Of a DNA stretch of 64,000 nucleotides, positions 38,389 to 52,042 are shown piece after piece. Position 1 is the first letter of the stretch, and each line of letters starts with the position of its first letter. The translations under genes and the position numbers were made by a program. This DNA comes from Podarcis pityusensis (Eukaryota): the NCBI GenBank assembly GCA_964106645.2, contig OZ067042.1. One strand, given 5' to 3'. The notes under the pieces were generated by a model that searched no databases, was not told where the DNA came from, and was given only the letters and a program-made list of their open reading frames with translations.

Positions 38389-41300
38389 AGAAGAATAGTG
38401 GTTCTGAAAAGTCTAGCATCCAGTGAAAACTACCATACACGTTACAGCTGGGAATGTGTTTTCAAAATGACATGGCCAAAGAATACAACAGGGCTGTTAA
38501 ACCCTTACACATGCACAACGAGAGAATCAGCGCTTTTGACATACAATGCAAAAAAAAAAAAAAAGTGGACCACGTGAATTAAAAATTTATAAGTACTTAT
38601 CACATACATTAAGACACAGCTTATTTAGTCCAGTCAAAAAATCAGAACTGCATTAAAAATTAAATGTAGTGCAATCAAACCAAAACCTTAATTTGTGATC
38701 ATAAGTGCTCTACTACATAAAATGTTGATCATAGCAAGGAACAAAAAAGTTCAAATCACACAGTACAAAAAAAATCTGTAAATAAATACAAACTACAGTA
38801 CAAGAGAAATATTAAATTATACAATTCCGTCAAACTGTAAACAGTATATTGAAATGAGGTCCATAGATTAAAAAGGGGGTTCCTGCTTTATTTTTCCATG
38901 ACACTTGTACTTTTAGAGGTCTGTGAAAAATGCCATTTTTTCATACTCTACATAAATAGAACTTTCTAAGGTGTAAAGCATCAAATAATAAAGCAGAGGC
39001 ATTGCTGACGCACAATTATGGTGAAATTAATGCTGGTGCGAGCAGCAGGCTTTATTTTAATGTGTTACACACATGCTCACCAAACAGACCCACCACTACA
39101 GGCATGAAATGCCAACACACTCACAATTAGTGCGCGGCACAAGAGGTGACACACCCAACAAGGAGCATAAAGGTAGGCGCTATCATGTGCTCCCACAATC
39201 TATGTGCTGCTGCTGATTATTTGAAAGTTTTACACTCTTGCCATAAAACACCAACTTTGGCAGAAGGGTTACTAATAAACTCAAGCCCATCTGGCCCATT
39301 GGCTTCCATCACAGTGGCCAGTGCACAGAATTCCTAGAGACATTGCATAACTAGAATGTAGAGGTCAGACACCCAAGGGCCAGGGCTCAAGTTTAGAAGT
39401 ACCTGGGATGAAGGAGAAACCACAGCCGTACTGAGAAGCTGCCCCTGTTCCATTTACAGGGACAGCCAGGAATGTATTTGACATTAGCTGTGCTGGCTTG
39501 GTAGTGGCATTTTTAAATATATACGTTTAAGATTACATATATAATATATATGTATATAACATAATACACATACTATATATAGAAATTTCTTACAATACAT
39601 AATTATCAGGAACCCCCATGCGATCTTGCTCAGTAGTAATAACTGAATATACAGAATGCCACTACGTGTCTGAGGCACTGCGTGCTGGAGAGTAATATGC
39701 AGCTTTAAAATCCGTTTGGCTGAGTTATACCTGGATACCTGAACTGAGTTTAAGTTGACATTCATCAAGGATGTGCTATTAGCACATCAAAAGAAAAGCA
39801 AAAACAAAATACAAGTCACTGCTAGGTTTAAGAATAGTGTACAAGTACCTGAATTGAGTGAGGGTAGTGTGTAAACTGTCCCTGAGGGTTTTCAAACAGT
39901 GTGTGTAACAAGCTGGAATCCTAAGCACGTTAGTTTATAACTTACACTGCGGACTGATACCAACATTTGACAATTTAACAAGTGGAGGTTAGAAAGAGTT
40001 ATGAGCAAACACTCAAAACATATTTATACATGTTTAAGCAGCAGTAAGCTGCTGTAAGCAAAAATCCCATGGATATAACCACCCAATGGGACTCTGAGAG
40101 GCTGCAGTCTGTAATCTGTTTTTCTGATGCTAGGGCATATGACAGCCGCCATCCACCCTCTCTCAACAAGTAAAGAAGTTTCACCTGCTAATGTAGAATG
40201 CACCTAGTTACAGACTAGCAATTCAAGATTAGATTTTTAATCAAAGACTTTCCTATTACATACTAAAATCTCTTAAGATCACTAATGCTGGTATGCTAAT
40301 CTAGTTAGTTTTTTTTTTTAATTTCCCCCTTCATTTAAGAAATATACCATTCGACAACTTAAACATTAAGATCCATTTTCAGTCCTCTGATGTAAAAAGC
40401 ATGTCAGTGAATTTATATTAAAAATTTACATGGTAAAAAGGCTTGAATTTCAGCCAAAGATTCTAAATACTGCTCATTCCCTGAAGACAAAAGGGAGAGA
40501 GAATCCCTACCCATTTTCCTAGTGATATACTTTCAAACTGAGCACTACACAATGGTCTAAAACTATTCTTCATTTGGGAAACTTTACCTAGCCTCCCCCA
40601 TTTAGATCCCAAACCTTAAAGCCCTGAAATGGTCTACTGAAATGTTTAATTAAAATATCATGCGTGTACACCCAGAAGCTGCCTGAACATTATAAAATTC
40701 CTGGACTGAAACTTTTACAGTACCTTAGACTCTGAAGACCAGATAAATTAAGACTCTAGTTGTAACAGTAAAAGTGCTGAAAGGTCCCTTTTCTGTCTTT
40801 TTTTAAAAAAAACAACAAGCGGTCAGACAAGTGCTTTAATGGTCTATCTATCTTTCTATCAAGTCTGTAAAGGTCTGATGAGTGTAGCACCAAATGTGAG
40901 GTACATTAGAGGCTGAAGTGGCATGTCCACAATTTTAGAGTGGGAGAGGAAATACTTAAGTCAGATTTTTATAAACTAGCGACCAAAGACGCAATGTATT
41001 TATTGTATAAAGAGATGGAACATCTAATCTTCTAAGGATCTTTTTTTTAAAAAACTTTGTACTAATAAAAACGGATTGTGCAATCAGGTTAATAATTTCA
41101 GAATTTTATAATGAATGTTTTCAGGCCATTACCTAATTACAGGTAATTTTGCAGGCTTAAAAATATTACTGACTTATACAAACTGACTAAATCAAATCTA
41201 GATATCTGTCAGAAAGATGCTGCAGTGGCCAACAACTTGAGTTTTTATTTCTCTGGCATTTTGAGTGCATCTGTGGATTATTTTAGGTGCCTACATAGAT

Positions 41301-43293
41301 TCATCCATAAATTTGCAAAAAGTAACATTACAATACTTGTTACATCCAATTAAACTGCATCTGCATAATTTTAGACTTCAACAAAAGCTTGCTCACTTGC
41401 AAAATTTCAGTTTATGACTAGATATTCTATGGTGTATTTCCAAGGAAGTTGCCAAGTTCTACATTTGAGAACTCCATAAGGCTAAAGGGCCAAAAGACGC
41501 ACATCTCCAAATCCTTCCCTCTCTTCCAAGCCCTAGATCAGGCCCAGACCCTGGTCAGTCTGCAGCTCCTTCCTTCTGCCTATCAGCCCACAATGTCAGA
41601 GGCCCAAATATCTACAACTGCATTCTTCTCTTTGTCTCCTTTGGACCTAATGTGAAGCTGCAAGCTTTTGATGGAAGGAGTGAACAGAAAATCTCTATCT
41701 CTAGTACACCAAATTCTCCATCAGTGATGTTCACAATCTTGAACTGCCCAGATTTGGCCAACCCTGGTATATATCACGACAATTTAACAAACTGTTCACT
41801 TATCAAAAAAACTTGGAAAGCACAGATATAATGACCACATTTGGGCATAATGTTAAACTATGGTTTAGTATTATGCCAATGAGCCTCGCCTCCTGCCGGG
41901 CTCATGTATTTCCTCTCCTTATTCCTGCTGCACAGCAGGGAAGAATTTAAAAGCTTTGGTTTGCTTTTAGTTAAGTAGGGTGTGCCGCTTCATCCTAACT
42001 GGGGATTGTTGTCTAACACTAACTTTGGCTAACGTCACGAAGCCAGCTGCTTAACTCATGGTCTGAAAGTGGCTTATTTTTAAACTAACCAGTCTGTGTT
42101 GAACCACAAAGCCTAGCTTGAATGAAACATACCACAGTTAACTAAAACCAAAAGCAAATGTTTCTGAGCTGCTTCTGTGGAAAGTGTGGAGGGAAGGAGA
42201 GAACATGCGAATTTAGAAGGAGACTAGACTTGTTAAAATGGTGCTAAATCACAGTGTTTTAAAATTCAACTATGAAAGCCATTAGACACCCATGTGTTAT
42301 AAAAGCCAACTGCAGAATGTGTAATTTGCAGACAGCAGGCAAGTCGACTTTTTTAATTACATTTCTGAAACTGCAAGGGAGAAAAGCAAAAGATGCCTGA
42401 TCCACAAAGAATGGACACCCTATAACTTCCTAGAAGCACCTATTTTTTTGCCTGAAAAGATATGGAAAAAATTATTTTTAGGTCAAGTTTATCTTTTCAA
42501 GGCTGCCCAAGTCCTTCAAGCAGCCTTGGCTAATATGTGAACCATCCCACTATGGGGCTGAAAGCTAGACTTTTAAAAGTTTCTGTTTTAGAGTTCTAGC
42601 AAAGTGCTTTTGGATAAGAAAGGGGAATGCTAGGAATGCTTCCCCAACCCACTCAGGTGCCATGCCTTTATCCTCTTTATCACCTCTGAGACACTCAGAG
42701 ACTTTAGGAAGATTTAATCCTAAATTTATTATACATGGAGGGTGGAATCTGCTTTTCCCTGTCAACACCACAATGAAATTTGATTCCCTTTCCATTTTTT
42801 TGGCTTGCTAAGGAGCTTACCATGAGACATCAATAGCATGATGTCAATGGGATCACAAATACAGCCAATGTGTGGAGGTTTTCATGGGAAAACATTTTTT
42901 TTTAAAAAATGCATAAATAATTCCTGACAGTTTCTGAGCAATCATGGTGTCATCTGAGATCATAGTTCAAACTGCCCCATCATTTGTCAATATGCTTTGG
43001 GATAAGCCACAGGAAACAAAGCAGACCTGCACTGCTACCATGTTTATAAGGTACATCTCATTCTTAAAGGATAATGAAAATTTATTCCAGATTTGCATTA
43101 GAAAATATTTAAGAAAACATTCAGACTAGGCCTTTCCTTTGGAGGCAGAGCAGCAGGCAGTATGGAGCAGTCCTAGGGCCATACAGAAGCAAGGGCATAT
43201 TCTTGGGGCATTTGGCTAATGCAAGAAGAGGATCTTCGTGCCCCTGGAGGAGTTATCTTTCAATTCTTTTAATAAACTCAGGAGTTTGGAGAT

Positions 43294-43333
43294 TATATAT
43301 ATATATCTATATATATCTATATATATATATATA
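43294..43333. repeat. Interrupted (TA)n microsatellite in the presumed LCOR 3'UTR
   Basis: Direct reading. Confidence 0.9.
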
Positions 43334-46300
43334 AAGTAAGGGCAACAGTCCAAACCCTACAACTTCCATTCTTTATAGCTGTAGTGAAAACAAAAAGGCC
43401 TGGGGCACAGAAAATGAGGTTCTAGAATGGCTGACAGAGGTAATAGTGTATCAGATCGCCAGGAAAGAGCTTTTATATTTTACAGATCCAAGTAAAAACT
43501 GATACATTTTCTACACACTGGGCTCGCTCCACAGAACTGCACAATAATTAACTCCACACTTGTACCCCTACAACACTAAGCCTTACTCATCTGTATAACC
43601 TGCTGTAGCAAAAGGTCACCAAGCAACATCTAAATTCCAGTACAATAGTGAACTTGATTTTAAACGTTACACAAACACACTCTAACATTAGTCTTCTAGG
43701 CTGGGAGTAGAGGGAGAACCTATCCTTCATGATACCTGGTCTGTATAAGCAGAGGCTGCCACAAATACTGTTCACAGTTTCATTCTGTCATCCAGGTGCA
43801 CATGACACCGTCAACAGATACACAATAATTCCACCAAATTTTGGTTCTGGATCTAACACAATCAAAATGTCCAGTTCTTCCTCCCAAAGACTTCACCATT
43901 TCTGGAGCATTGCACTTGGCTTGTCCCCTCAATATGCTCTCAAAAACGACAGGGAAAACAAGGCCTAAGCCCTATGTCTTGCGCAAGTTACATGAGCATC
44001 CATTTACTGGAAAACAGGAGAAAACAAGGCTTCTCTTACAAAGACAGCAGCGAACCACATCTTCCCACATCAAGCTATGGTCAGTTGAGGATTTTGGCCA
44101 TGCAAACTTCTGTTCAGCAGAAAATTAAGCATGCTAATGGATAAACACTGATTCCATTTTTTCCTAACAGGAAAGATGCTCCCAAATACTACTCAAAGCT
44201 GCACCAAAGGCATCTGTCAGAGCAGTCTTACTTCAGTGAATCACTTAGGATCTAGAGTGAGATACGGTCACAGGATGAGCCACCTGGGCAAAAACAGGTG
44301 AGATGAAGTCTTAAACAAAAGTTAAACATTAAAAAGGTGCACCTGAATATTACAGACTAAGTTTACAAAACCTACAATAAGGTAAAATATAGATATATTT
44401 ATATCTTTTGAATATTCAGCAGCTTTTTGTTTATTTTTGAGAGGCTTCTGAAATTTTAGAAAGGGACAACTAACTAATTTCAACCATGCTTCACAAAACA
44501 ATAATGGCTATTTTATATTGCAATTACAAAAGTAATGCAATTAGTGCTTTAAAAATAACCTACTTTTTCCTTTTCTTTTTTTAAGCAGAGACCTTTTGAG
44601 GAAATATGGTTGTTCCAAAGCTTCTGGGATTTTTTTTTTACCTGAATAGGAAGTGATCACAGATATTAAGTGTTATATTTCAAAGCTTTGCAGATAGGAA
44701 TCTTACAATCGTCAGGTCCCAGGACTTTTATCTGAGAAAATTAAGTGTTTGGTTGTTTAATTCATTTTCTAACCAAAGCAATAAGAATACGCAACTATCA
44801 CTATCTATTTACAGTTCTCAACCTATGGTCTGAAATGACGTACAAGTAGTTCTCTTTCTAAACTGCAGCATTAAAGGGTAGGCACACCATTTTTCTGCTG
44901 CACGATTGTCATCCACTTAATGATACACATAGAAAATATTTAGGTAAGTAAAATGAACACTCCACATACACTATGACAAGGTTTTACGGAACTCAACTCA
45001 TACATCACTTAAATAAAAACAACCACAAAAGGTTAAACCTCTGACAGTAAAACTCTATGCAAGTGTTACACTTCTAGCTTGCAGCAAATCTTCTCCCACA
45101 CTTTCAATAGCAGATGAAACCACAAATTTAAAACAGTGCATTTTTATTGCAATTTCCAGAAAAACTGGAGTATATTGCAGAGTTTCTACACCACTATGGA
45201 GCTTCAAACAGGTTTCTGTACTGAGATGACACCTAGATAGCTAAAGGAACTCTGCTTTTGAGTATGGAAACACATTAAGCTACCAAAACAAAAAGAAAAG
45301 TCTAAGAACAGTAGTACAAAGCATATCTGGGCCAAAAGCCCAGTCTCTCTCAAGAATGAGAAGTGCATATTTAACACGACAGCAATGGTGTGCCTAACCT
45401 TTGAATACAGTGGGTTACTGGGAAGCAATCAACCAATCAAGAAGGCCAACTCAATTAATTGCCCCCAAATTCAAGCAGCAGCCCTGGGGCTATCTAGGCC
45501 TTCTTCCTATGAATCTTAGCATCCACTTTCAGTCATTAACACAGGATAACTAATTAAGAACAGTGCTCAAATGATGTCTCACATACAAATTCCATTGCCT
45601 CTTTTGGTTGTGCAAAGCAGTAGAGTGGAATCTTACCAATCTTTTGCACAGCTAAGATTAAATTGTTTCTCTACCCAAAGAACCATTAAGTTTGATTCAG
45701 TGAAGCTGCAAGTCCAGAAAGCTTTATTTAAAGCTTAACATGTAAGAATGTTCAGATGCCTCTGCAACTAACAAGACTGAACTGTGGATTTAGGAGTGCT
45801 AGTGGTGATCTGCCTATGCGAGTGTGTGCTAGTCCCCTATTAAAATCAATAGTGGATGAAATAAAAACAGAAATTCAGGATATGCAAGCACATTTCCTGC
45901 TACTGGCAACTGTAGTATTTAAAAAGGAAACACCCATTGGGTGTTCAACCCTGACAGTGTTACAACTAGATAAGATGCTCAGCCTAAGTCAGACCAGAGT
46001 GATCTGATAATGGGTTTTATTAAAATTTGTAAAAATTTCTTCCCTGAACATTAACATAGATCCTTCATTTACATGACTATTTAGGCAGACTATTGAGGTT
46101 GTATGTTTAGAGATCAGTTGGTTTGATGAGGATTTTTGTTTGTTTTTTGCCCAAGATTACAGTAAGCTGTTATATGTATTCCTGACTCCCAGAAGAGAGT
46201 TCTTTAAACAAGATGTTGGAAACGCACAGTTTAGCAAACTCAGAATCCAGTCTGTTAAAAAGCACGTAGGTCACAAAAAAGCCATTATTTTGTTAAAGTG

Positions 46301-47173
46301 AGGAATACCCTAGTATATCATTCAATGTACCCTGATGCTCCTGAATGGAGTGTTGAGATAAGGCTACATCCTCAAGCAGGCAAGCTGAACTCTTTCGCCT
46401 TTGCAAAAGAGCAAACACAATTACAGTGAAGGTAGTGTTCCAAAGGAATGAACCAAAGCATTCTGAAGGTAGTGTATGTAAAGTTCCCCCATCCCACTCC
46501 CACCCGCCCCGCCGGGTGAGCACTAAGCAGATTGCAAATAGTAAAGGAGGAGTTGAATTTAAAACAAAATGGCTCCGATTAGACCCAATTGACTAGGAAT
46601 CCAATCACTAATCACTGAATTCAAAATGACTAGCCATACTTAAAAAGGTTAAACTCTCTTTCAAGCCAACTGGATCAAAGAAGAAAAAAACTGTGAAAGC
46701 CTAATTATAAGCAATTATCCAGTTTTTGTTTTACAAGTCTGGTACTAGAGCTCAAGAAAGTGTTTTTTTTAAAAAGGCCATATGAAGAAAGCAAACCCAA
46801 TAAAATAACTGAAAGTCCATGCAGGCTCAAGAGGCAAACAGTCCACTTCCATGTCTGCATTCTTTGTGAGGTAACTCAATTCTCTATAGAATATTAGAGA
46901 AACATGCAAAAGGCCAAAAAAAAAATATCCCCCAACAACAAAACAAAACAAAAACACAAAAGAGGGCTCTAAGCCATTCCGGGCCAGAAAATTTACAAAT
47001 ATGCAACATTCAGAGCACCCTTTTCCCCCTGTGTCCACACAAGTCTTTGCTGAACTGCAAAGGAGCATGTCCTGCACCCAGTGACTGAAGAGGAGTTGGG
47101 TACATACAGCAGGAGTTGAACAATGCCATAGTGCTCACCCAGTTTATAATGTAATTGGCACTCTACAACATCC

Positions 47174-48143
47174 CTAATCATCCTTTGACTCATTCGCACT
47201 CTGTGCTGCCTCTCCCTGGGGATCTATCTCAAGCTTTACAGAGACATCCTGTCCCTCCGACCGCATTAATTTCATTTTTTTCTTTGGAGGGTTTTTCAAA
47301 GTGCCCAGCCTCTCTTTCACTTTATATTCCAGGGTGCTATGGGGAATCCCATAAATACTCTGAGCTTTGGAGACGCTCATTTTCCCACTCATCACCACAG
47401 AGATCGCTTCTTCCAATATCTCACTGTTGTACTGTCTGTATCTGCCTCTTTTCTTCCGAGGTTGCTTAGAGCCAGGATCTCCCTCTTGATCAGAGGTGGG
47501 ATATGGCTGTCCAGAGGTAGATTGCTCAGCATCTGAGCCCCAGGAGTCTGGTCCGGGATCCAGCAAGCTCCTTCTGTTTTGTTTCGGAAGGATAGCCCTT
47601 AACTTTTTACTAAGCGCGCTCTCCGTTTGTGAACCCATCACCAAAGAGCTATAGCTATACTGGTCGCCAGAACGGGACTCCCATGAAAGGTCCATGCCTC
47701 GAACTTGTGGTATCTTTAAATCCACAGGAGTTGAATGGCTCATGTCCTTTTTCCCATCCTGTTTAGTTTGAAGTGCCATTTTTTGAAAGGCTGAATTTTC
47801 TGTAAGAAAAGGAAGGTCACTGATGTTGCTGAGTGCACCGTTTCCCCTGAATTTCATTCGGGTGAAGTTGAATTCGTAGTGTGGTTTTGCCCAAGAAGCC
47901 TCCCTGGATAGTATCATGTGCTGTCCGTGATTCTGCAGCCCAGACGGCCCATGGCTGGCAGCTGTAGCATGCTGGTTTCTGCTCAGCAGTTCTTCGCTTA
48001 TCTGCAGTGATCGAGCCAATGGAACTTTGAGAGATGTGGAGTGGCCAGACCCTTCCCTCGTTCCATCCTGCCAACTTCTCGGGGGCACCCCATCACCACT
48101 CCGAAGTCCCTCTGCATGGTGCTGGCTGGGTCTCCCAGGTCGC
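47174..48143 (-). CDS. LCOR: LCOR canonical terminal exon (HTH/pipsqueak-type DNA-binding domain and NLS)
   Basis: Acceptor ccatccaattag|G; encodes KQPRKKRGRYRQYNSEILEEAISVVMSGKMSVSKAQSIYGIPHSTLEYKVKER; spliced CDS is 238+94+970=1302 nt, i.e. 433 aa, the length I recall for mammalian LCOR. Confidence 0.97.
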
Positions 48144-49551
48144 CTAATTGGATGGAAGGAAACTGATGTGAGCAGGACTTGCACAGGTAGGGAGGAATGG
48201 GTGAGGGGGCCACTCCTTTATTAGAAGACCTTGCTTGGGTAACATCACTTTTGTGGGTTTTTATTTTTATTTTTTTAAGTCTCAGCAGTCAGTTTTTTAA
48301 AAAATTGTTCAAAAATAAAGAGAAGCTTTTTGGGCAAAGAAAAACGAAACCTGTCAGCTGGTCTTTGGTTGGGTTCACAAAATCTTGGAGCAGAAAAGGC
48401 TTCGCGCAAGTGTCTGAAAATAGCATCTTAATTATAGATTAGAAAGGAATAATCATTTGCTAGAGTCTATTCACGACTGTATTACTAGTGTGACGTTACC
48501 ACTAAACAAGTACAGTAATAAAAGAGTAAGCCAAGTGACAAAATGCAGCAAATTCAACACACATACTCTCACACACCAGCCACCTGCACTTTTTATAAAA
48601 TGCTGAAAGCTCTGGAGGGCATGGATTAACACTATATATGCTAAAGTTGCTGCTCAGCATCAAGAGCGCTCAGCAGAACTCAAAGGTGTTTGCTTATTTT
48701 GCATTAAACATTAGAACAGACAAACGGAATGGTTCTCAAATAAAAATGTTGCACAAATTCAGACTCCCATTTCCTTTTAAAATTAATCATAAGCCACATA
48801 AATATCAATTTGATTCTGTTTTTCACATGCCTAGGTAAAGAAGCAGGATATTTTCTTGCCACATATGTATTATTTATTATGCTCTTTCCAACTTTACTGA
48901 TTAAACAGATCCGGGTTAAATCTATTTTAAAAAAAGAGTATGATCTACAGTCTAATCAGACTATCAATCTTGTTTTATGTACACAATTATTTCATTCCCT
49001 GTAAATAATATGAACAAAAAGTATGCAATGCATTCTTGGTACTTTGCTCATTAAGATGATTACTGTGTATATCCTATCTAGCAGACAGTCTTTATATATT
49101 CACAGACCCCTTTAACCTAGCCATCTGAGATAGGTATTTTAGGACCCACCTTACTCTCTTTACTGTAATTTGTATTTCAATATTGTATTTTTACATTTTT
49201 GTAACCTGCCCTAGGACCTCATGATGAAGGGCAGGTAAGAAATCTAATCAACAACAACAACAATAACAACAACGACAACAACGTACAGAAGATTTGGATG
49301 CATAGCAAGGCAGAAGGAAGAACTTACATTCAAGTCTGGAATTCCTAACTCTTTAGTAAATGCCTATTAAACATTACTCAGAATTTGAAGATTCTTAATT
49401 TGGTAACGAACAGTCCACATGAATTCAGAACAAGAACCACCCCAGTGTCAAGGAAAATAATAAATTTCTACCAGAACTTTAAACATGCATTGACTATTTC
49501 AGCTAGTTCTAAAACAGTGAATCACTGTCCAGATATAAAGATTAACTAGCG

Positions 49552-49681
49552 CAGGCTTCTTCAAACCCTCCAGATGTTTTGAGACTACAATTCCTATCAT
49601 CCCTGACCACTGGTCCTGCTAGCTAGGGATCATGGAGTTGTAGGCCAAAAACATCTAGAGGGCAGAGTTTGAGGAAGCCTG
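49552..49681. mobile_element. hAT-type MITE
   Basis: TIRs caggcttcttcaaac / gtttgaggaagcctg; internal palindrome; 8-bp TSD aactagcg/aactagca. Confidence 0.85.
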
Positions 49682-51134
49682 AACTAGCACTTTGAAAGAC
49701 AAAGGGCAATAGTTAACTGACATTTAACTTAACAGTACAAAGCAGAAACACATGCTGATCTCTTAAAGATGCTTTCAGTCAGCCATGTAGGAACACTTTC
49801 TTTTTTTTAATGCACAGAACCTGTTAGAATATTCAGAAAGGGAACAGAAATTGATATTCTCCTTCACAATACAGTGTTTAGAGTTCTGACATACAGGGTT
49901 AAGTAATATATCCATGTTGTGAGGAATTTAAATGTCTCTTTTGCAGTTATAAGTCAGTGACTGTCAACAATGGTTATTTTTATATCACTAGAAGTCCAGC
50001 AACTTGAAGATTATGTAATTCCACATCTATATTCAGCCGCTTAATATTCTAAAGGCCAATTAGCTTTAAAATTATACAAAAAATGTATTCTATTGCAGCA
50101 TTTTAAAGTATCACCCCAAATTTCTTTATTCTCATGTATCTTCTCCCTATCAGCACATGCAACAAAAAATACAAAGTTGATGGGATTGTATAACCTTCAC
50201 CAAGAAAAATTTGCACCCAGAAACTGCCTACAAGTCTAATAATAGTATAGTATTAGTAATGTTTGAATTATTGAGTATTCATCTTGGAAACAGCTCCAAG
50301 GTAAGTAATTACAAATCCGTCATTAGAAAACAAATGGAATTATAGCACTGTACTATAATAGTAGGTTATACAAAAAAATAATCCTAACAAATATTTTACA
50401 ATTCTTGCTCAACCACTATCTTTACTTTAGTGGCCTTGCCTAACATTCTGACTACTAAAGGAAACACTGTTTGGTTTGCTGATCTATTCAAACTAGGCAG
50501 CCATCATCCCATCCTATCAAAGGCTGAGATCGGGTTCAGATACTCATCAAGCCTCATGTGATCACCTGTGGGATGTGCATGGAACTACCAAAGGTTCACA
50601 ACCCAACAAAGATCATGTGCAGCCACTGGTTGTATGACCTGATACCCCATACATGAAGCCACTGAAACTGCATTGTGATAACACTTTTTGACTTGCTACA
50701 ATCATGAAAACTGCAGTAGTCATTTGTATAAGCTTCAAGGGGAAATGGTTGTTCATACAACTGGCACCCAACATAACCCCTGCCAAGTTGTTAGCCCACT
50801 CATAGGCCCAATGCTCCCATAGTCAAATGCACAGGTGTGGCTGAGCATGTGAACAAAGTCAAAATAGTCAAATTTTCAAAAGGTTGAAAGATCATAGCTC
50901 TACATTTCATATATCAGGTACAAAACCAAAGTATTCCTGAAATGGAATTAATTTTTCAGTTGACTTCATATTTAAGGATTGGAAGAAGGTGTTTTAACAA
51001 GATGTAATTATACTCTGAAGGGTTAAATCAACCCTGTCTATGGAAGCAATAAGGAAGAATTTGACCCTCAGTTTGTTGTTATGCAAATAACTTGAGGGGG
51101 GTTTTAGCTTAAAAATACTAAGAATTTCCCTTAC

Positions 51135-51228
51135 CCATTCCCAGGAGTAGCGGAGCAGCCAGGTGAATGGCTCAAGGAGGCGCTGCCTGCACATGGACTT
51201 TTCTTAGTGGACAGATCAAGTACTCCGT
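51135..51228 (-). CDS. LCOR: LCOR shared coding exon (second CtBP motif VLDLS); its donor serves both terminal exons
   Basis: Acceptor ctctgcag|AC and donor GG|gtaagg; encodes DGVLDLSTKKSPCAG...GNG. Confidence 0.95.
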
Positions 51229-51924
51229 CTGCAGAGACATGAGAATTACTTGAGAATAGGAAGAAATTAATAAAACTAAACACACACAAACATACAACTT
51301 GGTAAGTTTTTATGGCTGAAACTCTCTCAGTTAATCTTGGGTTGCTTTGGAACTTCCTACTGAACCTCAACCAAAGTCTCTTGATATATCAGCCATTATT
51401 TTATTTTCCTTATTTTGTTTTGTTAAGGGCATATCGATATTATGACTTTCATTCAATAAAATATTAATGGTAGATTAAACAGTATGAACACATTATATCT
51501 GAGAGCATAGAATGCAGGTTAATTTCAAAACATAGTTCTCTGCATATACTTCATAATGTCTGAAAAGTGGATCAAGTTACTTCTTTTTGTGCATGTATAC
51601 TTCTTGTTATCCACCATACATTCATTAAGATGTAGTCTATGTACTGATAGTTTCAAGTAAGACACAAAGCAGAACAGGAAAGAAAAAACATCTTAACAAG
51701 CAGAACCGAAGTTCATGTACCCATAAAAGAAAACTCAACAAGTGTTTAATTCAAGAACTACAAAATGGAGCAAGAGTGGAGAAATTATTGCCTTACAATT
51801 ATTATTGCAAACAAACTGCAGCTTTCATATTAAGTATTTTCTGGGTACACTTCATTTTATTTAATATATTTATATTCCATCTTTAAATTTAGCAAAAACA
51901 ATACAATTTAATGGGAAAGCTTAC

Positions 51925-52042
51925 AGGGCACTCTCCAGATTCTGTGGACTACAACTTCTATTATCCCTGACCACTGGCCATGTTGGCTGGGGTAATGAGA
52001 GTTGTACCCCACAATATCTGGAGTGCACCACTTTGGCTACCA
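51925..52042. mobile_element. Decayed MITE of the same family as 49552-49681
   Basis: Shares ctccagat..gactacaa..atccctgaccactgg..gagttgta..atctggag. Confidence 0.65.
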
